52,295 nt of DNA from Actinobacteria bacterium BACL4 MAG-120820-bin23. GTDB taxonomy: Bacteria > Actinomycetota > Actinomycetes > Nanopelagicales > Nanopelagicaceae. The notes below the pieces were generated by a model. It saw only the letters and a program-made list of their open reading frames with translations. It was not told the DNA's origin and ran no database searches. The stretch covers positions 1-52,295 of the forward strand of contig LIBD01000001.1 of NCBI GenBank assembly GCA_001437855.1, given 5' to 3'. A program made the translations under genes and the position numbers. How positions within the stretch are numbered: position 1 is the first letter of the stretch; each line of letters starts with the position of its first letter. Positions 9,569 to 18,676 of the stretch are shown piece after piece.

Positions 9569-11065
9569 ATGGCTGATGAGGATGATCTACCGGAGCAATT
9601 GAGAATTCGGCGAGAAAAACGTGCCGCAATTTTAAAGCGCGGCGCTGAGCCATATCCAGTTGCTGTTCCGAGGACATCATCACTTTCAGAAATCAGATCA
9701 AAGCATAAAGATTTACCAATTGATGTTTCAACCGGAATTATTGAATCGGTAACAGGGCGAGTAATTTTTAAGCGAGATACTGGAAAATTATGTTTTGCAA
9801 ATTTGCGAGAAGGTGATGGCACTGAGCTGCAAGCCATGTTTTCATTAGATAAAATCGGCGAAGACCAATTAGAAATATGGAAAACAGAGATTGATTTAGG
9901 TGACATAGTTTCTGTAACTGGTGAGGTTATTACTTCAAAAAGAGGCGAATTATCAATCTTGGCAAACTCATTCTCATTAGCTGCAAAATCACTTAGACCA
10001 CTGCCAGTAGAGCACAAGCCACTCTCTGAAGAAAGTCGCGTTCGTATGCGATATGTAGATTTAATTGTTCGACCTGAAGCTAGAAGTAATGCCCGCCTGA
10101 GACCTGCAGTTATGCGCTCACTTCGCAATACATTTAACACACGAAATTTTTTAGAGGTTGAAACTCCAATGTTGCAAGTAATGCATGGGGGTGCAGCCGC
10201 TAGGCCATTTAAAACTTTTAGTAACGCTTATGAGATGGATCTGTTTTTAAGGATTGCTCCAGAGTTATATTTAAAAAGATGTGTAGTTGGTGGTCTGGAA
10301 AAAGTATATGAAATAAATAGGAATTTTCGTAATGAAGGAGCCGACTCATCCCATTCACCTGAATTTGCAATGATTGAATCTTATGAAGCATATGGTGACT
10401 GGAATAGTATGGCTGATTTAACTCAATCATTAGTACAGCAAGCGGCTAAGGATGTTTTTGGCTCACATACTGCAAAACATTTTGATGGTCGAGAGATTGA
10501 TCTAGGTGGAAAGTGGAATGAAATTTCGTTATTTGATGCCATCTCAGAAGGTGTTGGCCAAGAGGTAACAGCACTAACTAGTCATGAAGAGCTAAAGAAA
10601 ATTGCTACAAAACTTGGTATAAAAATAGATCCTAAGTGGATTACTGGAAAGTTAGCCGAAGAGATTTTTGAGCATGTAGCTAAAGATAAATTAATTAAGC
10701 CAACATTTGTTAAGGGATTTCCGATTGATACCTCACCGCTAGTAAGAGTCCATCGTGAAGTAGCAGGAGTTGCTGAAAAGTGGGATTTATATGTTGAAGG
10801 CTTTGAGTTAGCAACTGGTTACTCAGAGTTAGTTGACCCAGTAATTCAGCGCGAGCGGTTAGTTGAACAATCTAAACTAGGAGCCAGTGGTGACTTAGAA
10901 GCTATGGGACTTGATGAAGATTTTCTGAAAGCTATGGAGTATGGCATGCCACCTATGGGTGGAATGGGAATGGGTGTCGATAGATTGTTAATGGCATTAA
11001 CTGGTTTGGGTATTAGGGAAACTATTTTATTTCCATTGGTTAAACCAATAAGTGGTGATGAGTAA
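9569..11065 (+). CDS. lysS: Lysine--tRNA ligase (class II)
   Basis: OB-fold N-terminus, EVETPM, LRIAPELYLKR, FRNEG...HSPEF, motif 3 GMGVDRL. Confidence 0.98.
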   Translation: MADEDDLPEQLRIRREKRAAILKRGAEPYPVAVPRTSSLSEIRSKHKDLPIDVSTGIIESVTGRVIFKRDTGKLCFANLREGDGTELQAMFSLDKIGEDQLEIWKTEIDLGDIVSVTGEVITSKRGELSILANSFSLAAKSLRPLPVEHKPLSEESRVRMRYVDLIVRPEARSNARLRPAVMRSLRNTFNTRNFLEVETPMLQVMHGGAAARPFKTFSNAYEMDLFLRIAPELYLKRCVVGGLEKVYEINRNFRNEGADSSHSPEFAMIESYEAYGDWNSMADLTQSLVQQAAKDVFGSHTAKHFDGREIDLGGKWNEISLFDAISEGVGQEVTALTSHEELKKIATKLGIKIDPKWITGKLAEEIFEHVAKDKLIKPTFVKGFPIDTSPLVRVHREVAGVAEKWDLYVEGFELATGYSELVDPVIQRERLVEQSKLGASGDLEAMGLDEDFLKAMEYGMPPMGGMGMGVDRLLMALTGLGIRETILFPLVKPISGDE

Positions 11066-11563
11066 ATGTCTACTTTAATAAGACCTGCAAAAACTTCAGA
11101 TATTAAGATAATTAGAGAAATTGTCTCTCACTATATTGGCGAACGCAGGTTGCTTGCAAAAGAAACAGTTACCCTCTATGAAACTGTTCAAGAATTTTCA
11201 GTCGCAGAGGTGGATGGGGAAGTAGTTGGTTGCGGTGCACTACATGTTTTGTGGGAAGATCTAGCTGAGGTTAGAACTGTTGCAGTTAAGCAAGATTTTC
11301 ATGGCCAAGGCATCGGACATCAATTACTAGAGAACATAATTGAAAGAGCAAAAATAGTTGGCGTTAAGCGAGTATTTTGCTTAACTTTTGAAACAAAATT
11401 TTTTGGCTCACATGGTTTTAATGAAATCAAAGGCACACCGGTTGAACCAGATGTTTATGCACAGTTATTGCGTTCTTATGATGATGGAATTGCAGAGTTT
11501 TTGGAGCTAGAAAGTGTTAAACCCAACACTCTTGGGAATACCCGAATGCTTAAAATTCTCTAA
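11066..11563 (+). CDS. argA: Amino-acid N-acetyltransferase (short actinobacterial ArgA, GNAT)
   Basis: GCGALHVLWEDLAEVRTVAV, acetyl-CoA motif HGQGIG, VFCLTFE, PNTLGNTRM. Confidence 0.85.
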   Translation: MSTLIRPAKTSDIKIIREIVSHYIGERRLLAKETVTLYETVQEFSVAEVDGEVVGCGALHVLWEDLAEVRTVAVKQDFHGQGIGHQLLENIIERAKIVGVKRVFCLTFETKFFGSHGFNEIKGTPVEPDVYAQLLRSYDDGIAEFLELESVKPNTLGNTRMLKIL

Positions 11564-11605
11564 ATTTTGGGCATAAACAGGCTGGATGTATTGTTATACA
11601 GCGGT

Positions 11606-11680
11606 AAGTAGCCCAATATAGGTAGGTTATTCACAGCCAAATCTATGTGCGTAAGGTCCTACCTAACCATTAGGCTATTT
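11606..11680 (+). promoter_or_regulatory. Long imperfect hairpin in the clpC 5' leader
   Basis: AAGTAGCCCAAT(11606-17) pairs with ATTAGGCTATTT(11669-80). TAGGTAGG(11619-26) pairs perfectly with CCTACCTA(11658-65). Inner pairs TTAT/GTAA and CACA/TGTG. Confidence 0.55.
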
Positions 11681-11702
11681 CATATAAAGAAAGGTGTCAT
11701 CG

Positions 11703-14201
11703 ATGTTTGAGCGGTTTACCGATCGTGCTCGTCGCGTTGTTGTTTTAGCGCAAGAAGAAGCACGCATGCTCAATCACAATTACATTGGCACCGAACATAT
11801 TCTTTTGGGTTTAATCCATGAAGGTGAAGGCGTTGCGGCTAAAGGGCTTGAGTCTTTAGGAATTTCATTAGAGGCAGTTCGTTCCCAAGTTGAAGAAATA
11901 ATTGGCCAAGGACAACAGGCACCATCAGGGCATATTCCGTTTACCCCTAGAGCTAAAAAAGTTTTAGAGCTTTCACTGCGCGAAGCGCTGCAATTAGGAC
12001 ACAACTACATTGGCACCGAACATATTCTTTTAGGATTAATCAGAGAAGGTGAAGGCGTTGCCGCTCAAGTTTTAGTAAAGCTTGGTGCTGACTTATCTCG
12101 CGTTCGCCAACAAGTAATTCAATTGCTATCTGGTTACCAAGGCAAGGAAGCGGTTGCTGCTGGCGGCCCAGCTGAAGGGCAGCCTTCTACATCTTTGGTT
12201 TTGGATCAGTTTGGTAGAAACCTGACACAAGCAGCTCGTGAAGGAAAATTAGATCCAGTAATTGGGCGCGAAAAAGAAATCGAACGCGTAATGCAAATTT
12301 TGTCCCGCAGAACAAAAAATAACCCAGTGCTAATTGGTGAGCCTGGCGTTGGTAAAACTGCAGTTGTTGAAGGCTTAGCACAAGCAATTGTTAAGGGCGA
12401 TATCCCAGAGACTTTAAAAGATAAACAACTTTATTCTCTAGATTTAGGAGCTTTAGTTGCTGGCTCTCGTTATCGCGGTGATTTTGAAGAGAGATTAAAG
12501 AAAGTATTAAAAGAGATTAGAACTCGTGGCGATATCATTTTGTTTATTGATGAAATTCATACCTTAGTCGGAGCTGGCGCAGCTGAAGGTGCAATTGATG
12601 CAGCATCTATTTTGAAGCCAATGTTGGCTCGGGGTGAGTTACAGACTATTGGTGCCACCACACTTGATGAGTATCGTAAACATTTAGAAAAAGATGCAGC
12701 GCTTGAGCGACGTTTCCAACCTATTCAAGTTTCTGAGCCAACAGTTGCACACACAATTGAAATTCTAAAAGGACTTCGCGATCGCTATGAAAGCCACCAT
12801 AAAGTTTCAATTTCAGATGGTGCTTTAGTATCTGCAGCTACGTTGGCTGATCGTTATGTTTCAGATCGCCACCTGCCGGATAAAGCAATTGATTTAATTG
12901 ATGAGGCTGGTTCACGTCTTCGAATCCGAAGAATGACAGTTCCGCCTGAAATTCGGGAGTACGATGACAAAATTGCCTCAGCCCGTAAGGAAAAAGAGTC
13001 TGCAATTGATAGCCAAGATTTTGAGAAGGCAGCTTCTTTGCGCGATAAAGAAAAGAACTTAATTACTGAAAAAGCTGAGCGCGAGAAAAATTGGAAAGCT
13101 GGCGATCTTGATGTTGTTGCTGAAGTTGATGAAGAATTAATTGCTGAAGTACTTTCAACTGCAACTGGAATTCCAGTCTTTAAATTAACTGAGGCTGAGA
13201 CTGCTCGCTTACTTCGCATGGAAGAAGAGTTACATCGCCGCGTAATTGGTCAAGACCAAGCAATTAAAGCTTTATCTCAAGCAATTCGCCGAACACGAGC
13301 AGGCCTTAAAGATCCTAAGCGTCCTGGTGGTTCATTTATATTTGCCGGTCCATCTGGAGTTGGTAAGACAGAGCTTTCAAGAACGCTTGCTCAATTCTTG
13401 TTTGGTGATGCCGATGCATTGATTCAACTTGATATGTCTGAGTACTCTGAAAAACATACCGCCTCTAGATTATTTGGTGCTCCTCCTGGCTATGTTGGTT
13501 ATGACGATGGCGGGCAGCTAACTGAGAAAGTACGTCGACGTCCATTCTCTGTTGTGTTATTTGATGAAATTGAAAAAGCACACCCAGATATTTTCAACTC
13601 ATTACTACAAGTACTAGAAGATGGTCGATTAACAGACTCACAAGGTCGCGTGGTTGATTTCAAGAACACCATAATCATTATGACAACAAACCTTGGAACC
13701 AGGGATATTTCTAAATCACTCTCACTTGGATTTGCTAACATGGCCGATGCGCAGGGAAGTTACGAGCGCATGAAAGCAAAGGTAGGGGATGAGTTAAAAA
13801 CCCACTTCCGTCCAGAATTTTTAAACCGTATTGATGACATTGTTGTCTTCCATCAGTTAACTGAAAAGGAAATTGTTCAAATTGTTGACCTTATGGTTGC
13901 TCATTTAGATGAGCGCCTGCGCAATAAGGATATGGGAATTGAGCTAACCCCAGCGGCAAAAACTTTGCTAGCAAAGCGTGGTTATGATCCTGCACTAGGT
14001 GCCCGTCCACTTCGCCGAACAATTCAGCGCGAACTAGAGGATGTACTATCTGAAAAGATGCTATTTGGTGATTTAAAAGCTGGTGAAATAATTTTGGTAG
14101 ATGTGTCAGATGATACTGATGCAGCAACATTTACCTTTAAAGGTGCTGCAAAATCTACAATGCCAGACACACCTGGGGATTTAGCAGAAGCAACTAATTA
14201 A
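11703..14201 (+). CDS. clpC: ATP-dependent Clp protease ATP-binding subunit ClpC (ClpC1)
   Basis: [21 protein letters not shown] start, double Clp_N repeat, two AAA modules ([16 protein letters not shown]), UVR coil. SD AGAAAGG supports ATG 11703 over GTG 11694. Confidence 0.98.
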   Translation: MFERFTDRARRVVVLAQEEARMLNHNYIGTEHILLGLIHEGEGVAAKGLESLGISLEAVRSQVEEIIGQGQQAPSGHIPFTPRAKKVLELSLREALQLGHNYIGTEHILLGLIREGEGVAAQVLVKLGADLSRVRQQVIQLLSGYQGKEAVAAGGPAEGQPSTSLVLDQFGRNLTQAAREGKLDPVIGREKEIERVMQILSRRTKNNPVLIGEPGVGKTAVVEGLAQAIVKGDIPETLKDKQLYSLDLGALVAGSRYRGDFEERLKKVLKEIRTRGDIILFIDEIHTLVGAGAAEGAIDAASILKPMLARGELQTIGATTLDEYRKHLEKDAALERRFQPIQVSEPTVAHTIEILKGLRDRYESHHKVSISDGALVSAATLADRYVSDRHLPDKAIDLIDEAGSRLRIRRMTVPPEIREYDDKIASARKEKESAIDSQDFEKAASLRDKEKNLITEKAEREKNWKAGDLDVVAEVDEELIAEVLSTATGIPVFKLTEAETARLLRMEEELHRRVIGQDQAIKALSQAIRRTRAGLKDPKRPGGSFIFAGPSGVGKTELSRTLAQFLFGDADALIQLDMSEYSEKHTASRLFGAPPGYVGYDDGGQLTEKVRRRPFSVVLFDEIEKAHPDIFNSLLQVLEDGRLTDSQGRVVDFKNTIIIMTTNLGTRDISKSLSLGFANMADAQGSYERMKAKVGDELKTHFRPEFLNRIDDIVVFHQLTEKEIVQIVDLMVAHLDERLRNKDMGIELTPAAKTLLAKRGYDPALGARPLRRTIQRELEDVLSEKMLFGDLKAGEIILVDVSDDTDAATFTFKGAAKSTMPDTPGDLAEATN
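11775..12061 (+). repeat. Intragenic direct repeat (two Clp_N repeats) in clpC
   Basis: 11775-11836 and 12000-12061 match at 56 of 62 nt, including a 26-nt exact match TACATTGGCACCGAACATATTCTTTT. Confidence 0.85.
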
Positions 14202-15564
14202 TTTTTACTTTACTTATTGCCTGTTCAACCCTAGCTGCCTCCAAGATTTCCATACCAGTAATTTTTAAATCACTTCCCATTGGAACGATGGCTCGTTTAA
14301 ATCCTAATCTGGCAGCTTCTTGAACTCGCTGGGTAATGCCAGTTACTTTTCTAATTTCTCCCGCTAATCCAACTTCACCAATTGCAACTAAATCAGCAGG
14401 TAGGGCTAAACCTTTAGCTGCAGATGCAACCGAAAGCGCGACTGCCAGATCAGCCGATGGTTCATTTATTTTCATACCACCAACTGTGGCAACATAAACA
14501 TCTCGACCAGAAATTTTTATACCAGCTCTTAGCTCAAGAACTGCCAGTGTCATTGCAGTCCGTGAGTTATCTAATCCACTAGTTACTCGCCTGGAGTTTC
14601 CCCAATCTCTACCATCTGGGTTAGCAACACTCACTAGCGATTGAATTTCAGCTAACAATGCTCGCCTTCCCTCTAGCGCCACAGTTACACAAGTTCCTGG
14701 TACTGGATCTGTATGGCGAGAGGTAAATAAACCAGTTGGATCTGGCAGTCCAACAATTCCGGAATCATTTAAATCAAAACAACCAACTTCATCAGATGCA
14801 CCAAACCTATTTTTAATAGCTCTGATTAATCTAAGCCTTGAATGGCGCTCTCCTTCAAAATTAAGCACTACATCTACCAAATGCTCAAGCAAGCGAGGCC
14901 CAGCAATAGATCCATCTTTAGTTACATGCCCAACTAGCACTAGAGTGATAGATCGTTCTTTTGCTATTCGAATTAAAGCTGCTGCAATTTCCCGCACCTG
15001 GGTAACACCACCTGGGGCACCATCAACTGTTGAGCTTGAAATTGTTTGGATTGAATCAATAACTAATAGCTCTGGTTTAACTGAATCAATATGAGCGATA
15101 ACAGCGCCTAAATCTGATTCAGCTGCCAGCCATAAATTTTTATCAATTGCATTAAGCCGCTCTGCTCGCAGTCGTACTTGTGAGGCAGACTCTTCGCCAC
15201 TTATATATAATGAAAGAATTCCTTGCTTTGCAGTCTCAGCTGCAACAGTTAGCAATAAGGTTGATTTTCCTACTCCAGGTTCACCAGCAAGCAATATCGC
15301 AGCTCCAGGAACTAAACCACCACCTAAAACTCTATCTAACTCACCAACACCACTTGATCTAGCTTTTGCACTTGCTAAATCAACATCACCTATTGGCCTA
15401 GCGGCCGTTGTTACATTTCCTGCAACTAGTGAAAGTTTTTTGGGTGCAGATATTTCTTCAACTGTTCCCCAGGCTTGGCACTCACCACATCTACCAACCC
15501 ATTTTGTAGCGCTCCAGCCGCACTCAACACATCTAAAGGGATCTTTTGCTGGAGCTTTTGCCAT
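14194..15564 (-). CDS. radA: DNA repair protein RadA/Sms
   Basis: Zinc ribbon CVECG...CGEC, Walker [15 protein letters not shown] motif, Lon-like C-terminus. Confidence 0.97.
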   Translation of the reverse strand: MAKAPAKDPFRCVECGWSATKWVGRCGECQAWGTVEEISAPKKLSLVAGNVTTAARPIGDVDLASAKARSSGVGELDRVLGGGLVPGAAILLAGEPGVGKSTLLLTVAAETAKQGILSLYISGEESASQVRLRAERLNAIDKNLWLAAESDLGAVIAHIDSVKPELLVIDSIQTISSSTVDGAPGGVTQVREIAAALIRIAKERSITLVLVGHVTKDGSIAGPRLLEHLVDVVLNFEGERHSRLRLIRAIKNRFGASDEVGCFDLNDSGIVGLPDPTGLFTSRHTDPVPGTCVTVALEGRRALLAEIQSLVSVANPDGRDWGNSRRVTSGLDNSRTAMTLAVLELRAGIKISGRDVYVATVGGMKINEPSADLAVALSVASAAKGLALPADLVAIGEVGLAGEIRKVTGITQRVQEAARLGFKRAIVPMGSDLKITGMEILEAARVEQAISKVKIN

Positions 15565-15570
15565 GGTAAT

Positions 15571-15576
15571 AATCTA
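15571..15576 (-). promoter_or_regulatory. Putative leaderless -10 (TAGATT) of radA
   Basis: TAGATT-N6-ATG with no SD. Confidence 0.55.
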
Positions 15577-15590
15577 ATGGCTGGCACTGA

Positions 15591-16448
15591 CTATCGCTGT
15601 TCTTGCACAGCCTTTGTCGCTGGGTGTATTACAAATAGTGGCAATTCGCGCTTTTTTTGCGCTTTTTTAGTAGCTGCAATTGCAGCCATTCGAGCGTCAC
15701 ACAATTTTTCTAGTTCAGAGTATGCAGATTTGCCCATCATCGCAACTAATTCAACCTTGCTTGATTGGTAAACCGGAATTTTTCCAATGTGAGCCTCTGA
15801 GTTACTTGTGCAGTACCAATCTAAATCTTCCCCACCCTCACCCCAAGCTAATCTTTCATACTCACTAATTACTACAACTGTAAATTTCTTATCACCAATT
15901 TCTTTTACTTCCCAATATCTACGTAGTGGCAGTTGCCAACAAATATCAGGCTTAGTATCTACTGGGTGAGAGCCTTCCTTGTTAGCTAAATGATGTAATG
16001 CACATCCAAACCGTCCGGTAAAACCAGGAGCTTCATACCCGACTCGATTTAGAAAAATACACGAGCCATCAATTTTTTTAGTCTTACGATCTTTATCCAA
16101 CCCGATTTCACTGATGTTTAATTTTTTATTTGATTTTGAATGGGCCTGATCATAAAATTGCCATTCAGATTTAGTTAATTTTTTAGCAGCCTTTAAAACT
16201 CGCTCTTCATCCTCTTTCCCTGTGTAATAGGCGCCATCCGAACAACACCCATCATTTGGTTTATCAGCATCAATCCCACAACAGCCATTTCCATAAATAC
16301 ATTGCCAATAAGAGGTTAACCAGGTTAAGTCACACTTAAAAAATTCCTCAGAATTATCTGGGTTTACAAATTCGACCCAATCACGCGCGAAATTTGAGGG
16401 GAATTCGTTCTTAGATAATTTCGAATTGGACTTCTTGGTAGATTTCAT
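15591..16448 (-). CDS. Conserved actinobacterial Cys-rich hypothetical protein (Rv0495c / DUF3109-like cysteine cluster)
   Basis: CDLTWLTS.W.CIYGNGCCG, DGCC, CIFLN, GCALH, KPDICWQLP, WYCT. Start moved to ATG 16448 because the longer ORF overlaps proC head-on. Confidence 0.8.
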   Translation of the reverse strand: MKSTKKSNSKLSKNEFPSNFARDWVEFVNPDNSEEFFKCDLTWLTSYWQCIYGNGCCGIDADKPNDGCCSDGAYYTGKEDEERVLKAAKKLTKSEWQFYDQAHSKSNKKLNISEIGLDKDRKTKKIDGSCIFLNRVGYEAPGFTGRFGCALHHLANKEGSHPVDTKPDICWQLPLRRYWEVKEIGDKKFTVVVISEYERLAWGEGGEDLDWYCTSNSEAHIGKIPVYQSSKVELVAMMGKSAYSELEKLCDARMAAIAATKKAQKKRELPLFVIHPATKAVQEQR

Positions 16449-16491
16449 AGAGTCGCAGTTTAGGCTCAAGCAAGAGTAAAGACTAATTGGG

Positions 16492-16497
16492 TAGGCT
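16492..16497 (+). promoter_or_regulatory. Putative leaderless -10 (TAGGCT) of proC
   Basis: TAGGCT-N6-ATG(16504) with no SD. Confidence 0.55.
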
Positions 16498-16503
16498 TTA
16501 AGT

Positions 16504-17316
16504 ATGAATCTGGCCGCTAATGAAAAGAGTATTGGCTTCATTGGTGCAGGCATTATGGGTGCCTCCTTGATCAGGGGATTATTAAATTCTTCAATCAAGG
16601 CAAACCAAATATATATAAGTGAAAAAAACCTGGAGCGAGCTACTGAGGTTACAAGCCAGTTTAGTGTTGAGAATTTGAGCTTAAGTCAGATAACTCAAAA
16701 GTGTGAAGTTATATTTCTTTCGGTTAAGCCTCAAGACTTAGAAAATGTACTTAAAGAGATTAGTGGCAGCTTAAAAAATGATGCATTGTTGATTTCAATT
16801 GCTGCTGGTAAAACAAGTAATTTTATTGAGGGCCTACTTAAATCAAAAAATCCTGTTGTCAGAGTAATGCCTAATACTCCTGCCCAAATTGGCAAAGGTG
16901 TGTCGGTAATTTCGGCTGGAACCTTTGCTACTAAAGCCGATTTAGATTTAACAAAAGAATTGCTTTCTAGCACTGGTTTGGTGATCGAAGTAGAAGAGTC
17001 ACAACAAGATGCAGTTACAGCAGTAAGTGGTTCAGGACCTGCATACTTTTTTAGTTTTGTAGAGTCAATGATCAAATCTGGCGTCAAACTCGGCTTAAGT
17101 GAAGAAATTGCTACAAAGCTTGCAATTGGCACAATTGTTGGCTCCGCAGCGATGCTACAGGAAAGCGGAATTGACGCAGCAACTTTAAGAAAAAATGTAA
17201 CTAGTCCAAATGGAACCACAGCTGCAGCTCTAGAAGTGTTCTCAAAGAAAAAGCTAGATGACATTATTAATGAAGCGATGACAGCTGCTAAAAAGAGGTC
17301 GCAGGAGTTGGCTTGA
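16504..17316 (+). CDS. proC: Pyrroline-5-carboxylate reductase
   Basis: GAGIMG, VKPQ, SIAAG, RVMPNTP, SGSGPAY, VTSPNGTT motifs. Confidence 0.97.
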   Translation: MNLAANEKSIGFIGAGIMGASLIRGLLNSSIKANQIYISEKNLERATEVTSQFSVENLSLSQITQKCEVIFLSVKPQDLENVLKEISGSLKNDALLISIAAGKTSNFIEGLLKSKNPVVRVMPNTPAQIGKGVSVISAGTFATKADLDLTKELLSSTGLVIEVEESQQDAVTAVSGSGPAYFFSFVESMIKSGVKLGLSEEIATKLAIGTIVGSAAMLQESGIDAATLRKNVTSPNGTTAAALEVFSKKKLDDIINEAMTAAKKRSQELA

Positions 17317-18539
17317 AAAAAGTTTTATCTCTATCCTTAATTTTATTATTGATTTTTCCAAATACTGCATCCGCAGTTTCAATAAAAAGTGCTAAAACAT
17401 TATTTGAGCTTCCATATTTAGCTAATGATCAAGTTAGAGATGTTTTGCTAAAAAATAACAATATTTTCTTAACTGGAACTACAGAATCAATTAATTCCAT
17501 CTGGATACCCGGGCAACTAAATGGATCAAGTGATGGATTTGTAACAAGTTATTCTACAAGTGGAGTTCAAAACTGGAGTCTAAGGCTAGGTTCTGAGGGT
17601 AATGAAATCGCGACAGCTTTAACTGCTGATCAAGATGGCAGTATTTGGGTTGTTGGAGCAAGTAATACTTATTTATCTCAAGTAACACCGATAAATCCGC
17701 CTAATATTTTAAATCCAGATAATGTCCCAATTACGCCAGCACCTCAAACACCTACGCCTATTAATAAAATTAGAATATGGCAGATTAGTAGCGCTGGAGT
17801 AATAATCAACAGCTTTGAATACAGTACAGATGCCGTTGTGCTACCCAATAACATATTTGTATCTAATGACAATTTAGTAGTCTTTGGAAATATTTACGAA
17901 AAATCTTTAACCAAAGGTTTTTATATTTCATCATCTAAAACTGGGGTTTTCTCTGGAATTATAAAAATAGGTAAAAAATTCACGCAAATAAATTCTGCCA
18001 TAATCAATAAAGATTCTAGTTTTACGGCTGTAGGCAGTAGCAGTGATAAAATCTTAAAAACTAAACCAATTAGTAAAGCGGATGCGATAACTTTACGAAT
18101 CTCAGATTTAGGATTAGTGCAGCAAGTTGCAAGGGCAACATTAAAGAGTACAAGCAGGAGTTGGGACTCGATAGGCTCTGGGTTATTTCAAGGTGGGAGA
18201 GTTAACTATTCAAATAGGTCAGAGGCAGCAATTACTAAATTTTCAGCATTAAGTAAACCAGTATGGAATGTTCGTTATTTAAGTAAATCATCGACATTAG
18301 TAGCAGCAGGTAAAAACTCTTGGGCCTCATTTGTTTCTACCGGTGCGATAAAAGGAATTCCTAAGTGGAAACCTAAAGTTGCAACTCCGGTGGTTTTAGA
18401 GTTTGGGAAAAAGGGAAAGATAATTTCTTCCTATACTTTATCTGCCCCAGCGGTGGCTATCGATATAAATTCAGAAATCGGGACAGTTTTGATAACCGAC
18501 TCGGGTAAAAGTTTTGGTTTAGTATTGATTAACCAGTAA
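17313..18539 (+). CDS. Secreted hypothetical protein with beta-propeller-like (SBBP-like) repeats
   Basis: Signal peptide [21 protein letters not shown]. Repeated DGFVTSYS..G...W / DAITLRIS..G / EAAITKFS...W units. Pro-rich insert. TTG start overlaps the proC stop. Confidence 0.75.
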   Translation: MKKVLSLSLILLLIFPNTASAVSIKSAKTLFELPYLANDQVRDVLLKNNNIFLTGTTESINSIWIPGQLNGSSDGFVTSYSTSGVQNWSLRLGSEGNEIATALTADQDGSIWVVGASNTYLSQVTPINPPNILNPDNVPITPAPQTPTPINKIRIWQISSAGVIINSFEYSTDAVVLPNNIFVSNDNLVVFGNIYEKSLTKGFYISSSKTGVFSGIIKIGKKFTQINSAIINKDSSFTAVGSSSDKILKTKPISKADAITLRISDLGLVQQVARATLKSTSRSWDSIGSGLFQGGRVNYSNRSEAAITKFSALSKPVWNVRYLSKSSTLVAAGKNSWASFVSTGAIKGIPKWKPKVATPVVLEFGKKGKIISSYTLSAPAVAIDINSEIGTVLITDSGKSFGLVLINQ

Positions 18540-18574
18540 ACTTATCTCATCAGGTAAAAACTTTAAGGAGCAAA

Positions 18575-18673
18575 ATGGGTTCAGTAATTAAGAAGCGTCG
18601 CAAGCGCATGGCAAAAAAGAAACATAAAAAACTACTTAAGAAAACTAGAATTCAACGACGTAACGCAAAATAG
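18575..18673 (+). CDS. 30S ribosomal protein bS22 (AURKAIP1/COX24 domain), 32 aa
   Basis: Manual translation [40 protein letters not shown] at 18565-18570. Absent from the ORF track. Confidence 0.95.
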   Translation: MGSVIKKRRKRMAKKKHKKLLKKTRIQRRNAK

Positions 18674-18676
18674 TGT

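Noticed and set aside
9559-10140. 193-aa antisense ORF over lysS
   Set aside because: Shadow ORF on the opposite strand of a conserved gene, with no recognisable motifs.
16449-16598. N-terminal 50 aa of the 335-aa ORF from the track
   Set aside because: Overlaps proC head-on. Recognisable sequence starts after ATG 16448, which has its own TAAACT upstream.
16731-17264. 177-aa antisense ORF over proC
   Set aside because: In-register antisense shadow with no independent evidence.
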